From positions 24,319,649 through 24,383,648 of the forward strand of contig NC_092398.1 in the NCBI RefSeq assembly GCF_030028105.1: 64,000 nucleotides of DNA. The letters run 5' to 3'. Of the stretch, positions 12,234-22,600 are shown piece after piece (within the stretch, counting starts at the first letter, position 1; each line of letters opens with the position of its first letter). Under the pieces are notes generated by a model that did not search any database, was not told the DNA's origin, and saw only the letters and a program-made list of their open reading frames with translations. Source of the DNA: Mobula birostris (Eukaryota). The position numbers were made by a program, and so were the translations under genes.

Positions 12234-13076
12234 ATGGAGTGGGGAGCACCTTCCGTCATGACAACGGTCATCCTTATCCTTACCGTCCTACTGGGCGCCC
12301 CGGGAAACGGCGCAGTCATCTGGGTGACGGGCTTCAAGATGAAAAGTAACGTCTGGAATGTGTGCTTCCTGAACCTGGCTGTGGCTGACCTGATTTATTG
12401 CCTGTGTCTCCCCTTATACACTATTCTCCAGCTTAAACCCATTTATTTTTGGCTGGTTGTATTACCCACTATGTTCCTAGTCGCTTTTGCCAGCCTATAT
12501 CTGTTATGCCTGATCAGCATCTACCGCTGCCTGGCTATTACACGGCCCATATGGTTCCAGCAACATCTGAGCCTCGCATGGGTTCGTGTGACCTGCTTCG
12601 TGGTCTGGGTCATAGCCATCGTCATCTTTATGCTTGTATTCTTCTCTTGGTATTTTTCCGTGTGTGCGCTAATTTGGATCACGTTCACCTTCGCCCTCCC
12701 GCCTCTTGTAATTATGATCATTTGCTACGCCTTCGTTGGCCGGAGGCTGCAAGGGGTCAGGCTCGCTGAGTCCAGGAAGCCCATACGCCTGATCGTGACC
12801 ACGGTCGCCGCATTTATGATCTGCTGGCTCCCCAGCACTCTCTACGCCCTCATACCAAACGCCTACATGCAGAGTCATTTTAACTGGTATATACTCACTG
12901 AGGCCCTGGCCTCATTCAACAGCGCCCTCAACCCTCTTATCTACGTCTTCGCCGGCAGCGACTTCCGTCAGGTCTTCAGGCGCTCCATGTTTGCCTCGCT
13001 CCTGCTGGCCTTCACCGAGCATGAGCCAAAGGGTGAGACCGAGACCCGCAATTCCACCTCAAATACGAATGTCTGA
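12234..13076 (+). CDS. Class A GPCR, chemoattractant receptor family (C3aR/FPR/CMKLR1-like), copy 1; 280 aa from the first ATG (frame open from GTG at 11982)
   Basis: 7 hydrophobic segments: TM1 LGAPGNGAVIWVTGFKMK, TM2 FLNLAVADL, TM3 ASLYLLCLISIYRC, PIW in ICL2, TM5 ..IMIICY, TM6 FMICWLP, TM7 LASFNSALNPLIYVFAG, helix 8 DFRQVFRRS. ATG 12234 has a strong Kozak context (agaATGG). Exact orthology cannot be assigned by eye. Confidence 0.9.
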   Translation: MEWGAPSVMTTVILILTVLLGAPGNGAVIWVTGFKMKSNVWNVCFLNLAVADLIYCLCLPLYTILQLKPIYFWLVVLPTMFLVAFASLYLLCLISIYRCLAITRPIWFQQHLSLAWVRVTCFVVWVIAIVIFMLVFFSWYFSVCALIWITFTFALPPLVIMIICYAFVGRRLQGVRLAESRKPIRLIVTTVAAFMICWLPSTLYALIPNAYMQSHFNWYILTEALASFNSALNPLIYVFAGSDFRQVFRRSMFASLLLAFTEHEPKGETETRNSTSNTNV

Positions 13077-13594
13077 TAGAATACCTCGTGGGCCCTCAGC
13101 CGACCAATATCTCCTGACTACAGACACAGTGGACAGTCGGCTGCAAATATGGTCAGCACTGGAGGCTTTCCTGTACGCTTCTTCCAATCTCTTAGAACAT
13201 AGAGCGTAGAACAGTACAGCTCAGGGACAGGCCATTCGGCCTACTATTGTCGGATCAATTAAATTATTAAATTACTGGCCAATTAATCTAATCCCCTCTG
13301 AATACCCAATGTCGATATCCTTCCAATTAGCTCATTTCGCCGACATAAACATCCCTGAAAAGTCTCTGAGCTATCTGTCTTTACCATCATCCCAGTCAGC
13401 GTATACCAAGCACGCACCACTCTCTCTGTGTAAACTACTTGCCCCTCCCATCTCCCTTGTAATTACGCAGTCTCCTCTTAAATGCATGGCCTTTGGTGTT
13501 AGACATTTCAACCTTCGGTAAAATATACTGTTGCTCTGTGCCTTTCATAACCTACCAAAATTCCATCAGGTCTCCCCTCTCTTTTCGCTGGCCC

Positions 13595-14100
13595 AGTCTT
13601 CATTCGGATACAACAATCCATGGTCTCGTCCACTGTCGAGATGAGGCCACACTCAAGTTGGAGGAACAATAACTTATATTGCATTTGGGTACATCCAACT
13701 TGCTGACATGTACGTAGATTTCTCAAAATTCCAGTCATGCCCTCCCTCCTACACCGCTCCCCATCGCCTTTTTCCTCTCTCACATTGCCTGCACATCTCC
13801 TCCCTCTGTTGCTCCTTCCACCTTATCTTTCCTTCATGGGCTTCTTTCCACTCCCCTTCTCGAGCCCTATATTTCTTTCACCAATCAACTTTCCAGCTCT
13901 TTACTTTATCCCTTGCCCCGGTTTGACGTATTACCTTGCGTTTCACTCTCCCCCTCCCTATCTTTTAATTCTGCACCTCATCTTTTCCTCACGGTCCTGC
14001 TGAAGGAACTCAACCCGAAAGGTCGAATGCACATTTCTCCATAAATCTTCAGAAATTTCTGTTTGTTTCTCAGAATTCCACCATCTGCAGTTTCTCTGTT
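13595..14100 (+). mobile_element. Older Penelope-like 3' fragment (also 37216-37721)
   Basis: 13615-13735 aligns with GIY-YIG C-terminal DNA at 17140-17260; pyrimidine-rich tail; degenerate hammerhead at 13993-14028. Confidence 0.75.
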
Positions 14101-14457
14101 TGTAATCTGGCACATCCATTCCACATCAACTCTGTCTAGGCCTTTCAATATTCCAAATGATTTAATGACATCACATTCATCCTTCTGAATTCCAGAGATA
14201 CAGACCCGGAGCTATCAAAGCTTCTTTCTATGATGACCTTTTCATTACCGGAATTATCTTTCTGAACCTCTCCTGAAACCGCTCCAACGCCAGCACTTCT
14301 TTTCTTAGATGAGGAGCGCAAACTGTTCACAATACTCAAGCGAGGACTCACCGGTGCTTTATAAAGCCTCAGCATCACATCCCTTCTCCTGTATTCCAGA
14401 CCTCTTGAAATGAACACTACCATTACATTTGCCTTCTTCACCACCGATTCTACGTAT

Positions 14458-17400
14458 CAGACCATAAGGCCATAAGACAAAGGAGCAGAAGTCTGCCATT
14501 CGGCCCATCGAGTCTCCTCAGCCATTTTATCATGAGCTGATCCATTCTCCCATTTAGTACCACTCCCCCGCCTTCTCACCATAATCTTTGATGCCCTGGC
14601 TACTCAGGTACCTATCAATCTGTGCCTTAAGTACACCTAATATCTTGACGTCCACTGCTGCCCGTGGCAACAAATTCCATAGCTTCACCACACTCTGGCT
14701 AAAAAATTTCTTCTCATTTCTGTTCTGAATGGGCGGCCTTCAATCCTTAAGTCATGCCCTCTCGTACTAGACTCCCCAATCATGGGAAACAGCTTTGCCA
14801 TATTCGCTCTGTCGATGGCTTTCAACTTTCGAAATGTTTCTATGAGGTCTCCCCTCGTTCGTCTAAACTCCAAGGAATACAGTCCAAGAGCGTACAAACG
14901 TTCTTCATATGTTAACCCTCTCATTTCCTGAATCATTCTAGGGAATATTCTCTGTACCCTCTCCAACGTCAGCATGTCCTTTTCTTAAATAAGGAGACCA
15001 AAACTGCCCACAGTACTCCAAGTGAAGTCTCACCAGCGACTTATAAAGCCTCAACATCACATTCCTGCTCCAATACTCTATTCCTCTTGAAATGAATGCA
15101 AACATTGCATTTGCCTTCTTCACCACCGACTCAACCTGGAGGTTAATCTTAAGGCTATCCTGTGTGAGGACTCCCAAGTCCCGTTGCATCTCAGAAGTTA
15201 TAATTATTTCCCCATTTAAATAATAGTCTGCCCGTTCATTTTTTTTTCTGCCAAATTGCATCACCAAACACTTTCCAACACTGTGTTTCATTTGTCACTT
15301 CTCTTTGTTTCCTCAGCACCACCGGCCCCTCCACCTACCTTCGTATCGTCAGCAAACTTAGCCACAAATCCATCTATTCCATAATCCCAATCGTTGATGT
15401 ACCAATTAAAAAGAAGCGGCCCCAGCACGGACCCCTGTGGAACACTACTGGTAACCGGCAGCCAACCAGAATAGGATCCCTTTATTCCCAGTCTCTGTTT
15501 CCTGCCAATCAGCCAACGCTCTTTCCACGTATTTAACTTTCTCATAATCCCATGGGCTCTGATCTTGTTAAGTAGCCTCATGTGTGGCACCATGTGAAAG
15601 GCCTTCTGAAAATCCAAATATACAACATCCACTGCATCTCCCTTGTCCAACCTACTTGTAATTTCTTGAAAAAATTGTCATATCTTTGTCAGGCAGGATT
15701 TTCCTTTAAGGAATCCATGCTGAGTTCTGCCGACCTTGTTATTTGTCTCCAGGTGCTCTGTAACGTCATCCTTGACAACTCGTTTCTGCATACCACGACA
15801 CGGTTTATCCTACCCCACCCCATCCCCCATTCAATCCCTTCCTACCTATGATCGTGACACTTCTCACGCTCTTAAACTTTTCGATGATTTTAAGTTCCCT
15901 GACCCCACCTTTTTATTTTTCCCATGCATGTCCAGTCCCTATATACTTCTATTACCCATCGGGAAGGTCGTAAAGATCTCCGCTTCTTTTTGGATTCGAC
16001 ACCTAATCAGTTCCCCTCTGCCACCATTCTGCTCCTTATAGCGGAATTAGTTCTTACTCTTAATAAGTCTTCCTCCAAAGTAAAGGTGTAGCTATGGGCA
16101 CCCGTATGGGTCCTAGCTATACCTGTCGTTTTGTTGGTTTTTGCAACAATCTATGTTCCAAACCTATTCTGGTATCTGTCCCCAACTTTCCCTTCGCTAC
16201 ATGGACGACTGCATTGGTGCTGCTTCCAGCACGCATGCTGAGCACGTTGACTTAATTAACTTTGCCTCCAACCTTCACCCTGACCTCAAGTTTACCTGGT
16301 CCATTTCCGACATCTACCGCCCCTTTTTAGATCTTTCTGTCTCTATCTATGTTGACAGCTTATCTATAGATGTCTACTAGAGGCCGACTCACTCTCACAG
16401 CTATCTGGACTATTCCTCTTCTCACCCTGTCTCTTGCAAAAATGCCATCTCCTCCTCGCAATTCCTCCGTCTCCGCCGCATGTGCTCTCAGGATGAGGCT
16501 TTTCATTCCAGGACGAGGGAGATGGCCTCCTTTATTAAAGAAAGGGGCTTCCCTTCCTCCACCATCAACTCTGCTCTCAAGCGCATCTTCCCCATTTCAC
16601 GCACATCTGCTCTCACTCCATCCTTCCGTCACCCCACTAGGAATAGGATTCCCCTGATCCTCACCTACCACCCCACCAGCCTCCAGGTCCAACATATTAT
16701 TCTCCGTAACTTCGGCCACCTGCAACGGGATCCTACCACTAAGCACGTCTTTCCCTCCTCCCCCTCTCTGCTTTCCGCATGGATCGCTCCCTTCGCGACT
16801 CCCTTGTCCATTCGTCCCTCCATCCCTCCCCACTGATCTCCCTCCTGGCACTTCTCCTTGCAAGCGGAACAAGTGCTACACATGCATTTACACTTCCTCC
16901 CTTACCACCATTCAGGGCCCCAGACAGTCCTTCCAGGTGAGGCGACACTTCACCTTTGAGTCGGCTGGGGTGATATACTGCTTCCAGTGTTCCCGATGTG
17001 GCCTTCTGTATATTGGTGAGACCCAATGCAGACTGGGAGCTCGTTTTGCTGAACAGCAACGCTCTGTCCTCCAGAGAAAGCAGGATCTCCCAGTGGCCAC
17101 ACATTTTAATTCCACATCACATTCCCATTCTGATATGAGTATCCACGGCCTCCTCCACTGTAAAGATGAAGCCACACTCAGGTTGGAGAAACAAAACCTT
17201 ATATTCCGTGTGGGTAGCCTCCAACCTGATGGCATGAACACTGACTTCTCTAACTTCCGCTAGTGCCCTACGTCCCCCTCGTACCCCATCCGTTATTTAT
17301 TTATATACACACGTTCTTTCTCTCTCTCTCCTCTTTCTCCTTCTGTCTCTCTGACTGTACCCCTTGCCTATCCTCTGTGTTTTACCTCCCTCCCCCTTTT

Positions 17401-19620
17401 CCTCCTGCCTGGGCCTCCTGTCCCATGATCCTGTCATATCACTTTTGCCAATCACCTGTCCAGCTCTTAGCTCCATCCCTCTCTCTCCTGTCTTCTCCTA
17501 TCATCTTGGATCTCCCCCTCCTCCTCCCACTTTCAAATCTCTGACTAGCTCTTCCTTCAGTTAGTCGTGACGAAGGGTCTCGGCCAGAAACGTCGACTGT
17601 ACCTCTTCCTAGAGATGCTACCTGGCCTGCTGCGTACACCAGCTGCTTTGATGTGTGTTGCTTGAGTACTTTCTCTGTCGTAATTGTGACTGCTCACACT
17701 TCTCTTCCCTGCCACCTTTGAGTGTCCGTTATACGGATAATTTTCTCCTCAGTGAGGACTGATGCAAAATACTCGTTCAGTTCCACCGCCATCTCCTTAT
17801 CTCCCATTACAATTTCTCCAACATCATTTTCTATCGGTCCTATACCTAGCCTCACCTGTCTTTTTCTCTTCATATACTTGAAAAAGCTTTTAGTATCCTC
17901 TTTGATATTATCTGCTAGCTTCCTTTCATAGTTAATGCTTTCCCTCTTAATGACCTTCTTAGTTTCCTATTGCAAAGTTTTAAAAACTTCCCAATCCTCT
18001 GTCTTCCCACTAATTTTTACTTCCTTGTATGCCCCCTCCATTGTTGTAACTTTGACTATGGCTTTTTCCATTCAAAAATTTCTTCTTTTTTGGAATACAC
18101 CTGTCTTGCACCTTTCTCACTTCTCGCATAAACTCCAGCCACTACCGCTCTGCCGTCCTTCCTGCCAGTGTCCCTTTCTAGTCAACTTTGACCAGTTCCT
18201 CTCTCATGCCGCTGTAATTTCCTTTACTCCACTGAGATACTGACACATCGGATTTCGGCTTCCCTTTTTTCAGATTTCACAGTGAACTCAATCATGTTAT
18301 GATCATTGTCTCCTAAGGGTTCCTTCATCTCAATTTCTCTAATCACCTCGGGTTCATTACACAATACCCAATCCAGTACAGCCGATCCCCTAGTGGGATC
18401 AACAACCTGTTCTAAAAAGCCATCTCGCAGACATTCTACAAATTCTCTTTCTTGAAATCCAGTGCCGACCTGATTTTCCCAATCCACTCGCATGTTAAAA
18501 TCTCCCACAATTTTCATAACATTGCCCTTCTGTCAAGGTTTTTCCATTTCCTTTTGGAAATGTGTAGTACACATTACTGCAGCGGTTTGGAGATCTATAA
18601 ATAACTGCCATCAGGGTCTTCTTACCCCTGCGATTTCTTCGCTCAACCCATAAAGATCCCGTACCTTCCGATCCTATATCACCTCTTTTTAATCATTTAA
18701 TATCATTTCTTACTAATAAACCCACGCCTCCCCCTCTGCCTACCTTCCTATCCTTCCGGTACAGCGTGTGTCCTTGGACGTTCAGCTCCCAGAGACATGC
18801 ATCATTTAGCCAGTTCTCAGTAATGGCCACAATATCATACCTGCCAATCTGTAGCTGTACGACAAGGTGATCCACCTTATTCCTTATGCTGCGTGCATTT
18901 CAATATAACACCTGAAGACCAGTATGTGGTACTTTTCGCTTTGGTTTCGCTGCAACCTTATTACACTGCAACTCATCCCGATGGCTACAAATTTGCCCCA
19001 TCACCTGCCTGTCTTTCCTGGCATTTTTACTGCTCACTATCTTGGATTTGTTTATGTTTTCCCCTTCCTCCGCTCTATCATTCCGGATCCCATCGCCCTG
19101 CCAAACTAGCTTAAACCCTCCCTAACAGCTCTATTAAATCTTCCCGCAAGGATATTGGTCCCCTTCGCGTTCAGTCGTAACCTGTCCCTTTTGAACAGGT
19201 CATATTTCCCCCAGAAGAGATCCCCATTATCCAAGAATCTGAAACCCTGCCCCCTGCACCGCTCTCCAAGCCATGCATTCATCTGCCTGATCTTACTATT
19301 CTTGCCCTCGCTCGCACGTGGCACAGGTAGCAATCCCGAGATTACTACCCTGCAGGTCCTGCTTCTCAGCTTCCTTCCTAACTCCCAGAAATCTCTCTTC
19401 AGGACCTCCTCCCTTGCCCTATCTATGTCATTGGTGCCAACATGTACCAAGACAACTGGCTTCTCGCCCTTCCCCTTCAGAATATTCTGGACCCGATCCG
19501 AGACATCCCGTACCCTGGCACCTGGGAGGCAACACATCATGCGGGTATCTCTATCAGGCTCACAGAATCTCCTGTTCATTCCCCTGACTATGGAATCCCC
19601 TATGACTACCTCTCTGTAGT
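14458..19620 (-). mobile_element. Near full-length decayed CR1 LINE (ORF1 SGNH esterase, APE endonuclease, RT) interrupted by a Penelope element
   Basis: ORF1 VVIGDSIVRG/VHVGTND (19106 ORF); EN DIVAITENWL, RKDR..GRGGGV, GDFN, LDWVL, DHNMI; RT VYLDFQKAF, VPQGSVLGPLLF, KFADDTK; (ACCATAAG)n tail at ~14460. A further CR1 piece lies at 14106-14457. Confidence 0.92.
15790..17661 (+). mobile_element. Penelope-like element (RT + GIY-YIG endonuclease), 5'-truncated, nested in CR1
   Basis: GVAMGTRMGPSY, LRYMDD, PFLD, CSQDEAFHSR, VIYCFQCSRCGLLYIGET..RLGARFAE, VATHFN, QPDGMN; hammerhead-type motif at 17563-17598. Confidence 0.9.
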
Positions 19621-22600
19621 GTGATTTTGAGAATATGATGGGATGTTTTGGGAAATGGATGCAGGTGGCAATGAGACACCAGCCCCATAAACAAAACAGA
19701 AAGAAAGAAAAAGAGGAGGAGCACCCTGTCACGAAGAGTCTCGATGAAAAGCAAGGCCCGGCACCACCAACCGCTCCGCCACCCTACCCACTCAGATCCC
19801 ACCCCCGCCCCCCCCAACGATGCGGGCACACGTACCATTATACCCCCGGATACCGCAAATGGTATCTCTCGAAAGGAGAGATTCTGGTCCTAATATTCTA
19901 CCAAATGGACTGATAAACGAGATAATAGAGATGGTAGCAGCCTGGGTCAGCAGAGTAACCGCACTCGGGAACAATCGGCACATCAGCTCCTGCTGAAGGA
20001 GCTGATGAACCCACACAAGGGGCAGGCGGAGGTGAAGGCAGGGAGGTATAACTGGAGGAAGGGGTACAAACCAGACACATGTCTCAACGAATGGCCATTC
20101 ACTCCTCCACCTCTCCGACAGTTCAGCCTCCAACAATAATGATAGGAGAAACAGCAATATTAAAGCCATGGACGCCTGCAGAGGCCTGAGCTTTTGTAGC
20201 TGAGCTCCCTAATCGAATAAAAAGACCAACAGCGTTCCTCAGTTGGTTGGAACAAATGTGCGAAATTTATAAGCCTCTCCCGGTAGATTTGCGGACTCCT
20301 TTTCAAACGTGCCTATGAATGCTCCTGGGCAGCTTCGAAAGATTCATTCCAGATTCCGCCCGGGAAGAATGCAGATTAGCGGAAAGATGATGAGAAAACA
20401 CCACAGGGTAACGAATCCCTGTGTTCTTGGCTGTCCAATAGAGGGAAGGACGCCATATTGTGGGCAGCACAACGGCATAGGGACTTAGGAGAAGTGACTA
20501 GATGCTTTCAGAAGAAGATTGAAGGAGCCCCTGATTTTATAGCTCGGTTTAAGAATACGTGAGAGGAGTATGCCGGAGTTCCCTTAGAGGAAAATGGGCC
20601 ATTGGCCATCCAGACTCTGCAAAATTTAATGTTGCCCCAACAAGGCAGATTTTTAAAATGCGAGATTTGAACTGGCAGGCTATGCCTTGGTCAAAACTAG
20701 TCACTACTTTGATAAACATGGAAAGGGAGGGAACCTTCGTCGCACCCGGGATGGCCTTCAAACGCATTAGACAAAATTTTACCTACAGGAACAGGAGAGG
20801 GGAAAAGAAAAACGGAGAACATAGAAAAAGAGAGTTGAAAGATCCCAGGATATGTGCCGAAGATGTGGGGAAAATGGACATTGGGCCAAAGAGTGCCGAA
20901 TTCGTGCAAAGCAGGGTCGAAGTACTTCCTATAAAGAACCCACAGATTGGACTGGACAAAACGAGAGAAGGGTGACCTCCTTCTCTTATAGCAACCCTTT
21001 CCCACTGGAATATGGGTCCCAGGGGAGGTGGTGGTATAGGGAACGGTCATATCACTTTCCCAAGACTCCGAAACGCAACCCATGGTAAATCTTAGAATAG
21101 GAGACACTCACTTGGTGGACACTGGCGCTACCCTGTCCTCTGTACCCCCACCCTGGGATTACCCCTGAGCCAGAACAGGTTAGGAACCGTAGTGGTAGCC
21201 GGAATCCCACTGTCAGAACTCTTATCGAAGAAGTTCCCCTTGTCCCTGGGAGACACTTGTATACAAGAAACTTTGATAGTCTCCAATACTACTCCCTTGC
21301 CGCTGTTGGGATGCCAAGCTCTGTGTAAGGTAGGAACTACTATTTACCGCTCTCCTCAGGGCATGTACATGGAAGTACCCTCGCCCCGGACGCATCAGTT
21401 AACGTCCCTGTTTCTCAACCACGAGGCCAAACTCGACCTGGTATTGTAATGCTGGCAACTCGAGGGCAACCCCGACACAGTTAAGATGTACCGGCTGCGG
21501 CCAGAACTTGAGGGGCTGGCGCCGACGGCTCGCACTGAAGCTTTGTGGGGCTTGTTGCAAGTGGTCCGATACTACTCCCGTTTACACTGCACCGCCTGGT
21601 ACACAACGACAGATTATCCAGAATACCGAGAAAAGGCGTACACCCACGAAGGGCTGAAAGCTGAGATACACCCAGACCCTTATCTATATTTTGAGAAGGA
21701 AGGGCTGGGTATCCCGTTACGCCTGACCGCAGAGTAGCAACCCCTGTCCCACCTGGGACCTGCGTCAATACCTCACCTACCCCTTGCTGTACGGCCTCCC
21801 TATCAGGAGAAACAGATAGGCCCAATGATGAAATGGTTGCAATCAGCCCCTATTAACGAGTGCATTGGGGACTTTGAATGGAACGGGCCTGAGGAGGGAA
21901 GAATACACCTTCCGGGAACATCCCGCCAGTTGGAGGACACCCTAACCGAATTTCAACGACAACAACTGCCCGAGCCGCCAGGCCATAGGAGCCCTTCAGC
22001 ATTGGAAAGGGTAAATGCAGACTTGTGGGCCCTCCACAAGACACACGTGGGTCGAGTGCTCACTGCGAGAGACCTCTGTGTCAAGCTAAAAATGAATGCT
22101 GTATTACCATGTGTTAGGCAGTATCGACTAGCAGCTAAGGCAGAAGAAGGCATAGCCCCGGTCAGGGACTCTCTGCTCCAACAGGGGGTTCTCAAGCCTA
22201 CCGTCAGCCCCTGTACACACCAGTACTGCCTATACCTAAAGTTGGACGGCCCAATGAGCATTGCAATTCCCATAGCACCGGTGGTACCTGACGTCAGTAT
22301 GATTGTTCATCCATTCCCTCTGATGCTACTGTCTACACTGTGGTCGACCTGTGCTCCGCGTTTTTTTTCTATTCCTCTCCATCCGGATAGCCAGTATTTG
22401 TTTGCCTTCACATACAAAGGGCATCAGTATACCTGGACCCGATGCCCCAGGGGTATACCGAAATTCCGGCCGTGTACGCTGCTGCCGTTGAACATGACTG
22501 AGACAAGTGTCATCTGGGAGAAAGTTCTATATTAATACAATACGCCGACGATCTGTTGGTGGCGTCAGCTACACTGGCAGAGTGTGTAAAAGACTCAGTG

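Noticed and set aside
19106-19732. 208-aa ORF as a novel esterase fusion gene
   Set aside because: Chance fusion of antisense gag to CR1 ORF1 created by the unit-1 deletion; the catalytic DxxH reads DRLR.
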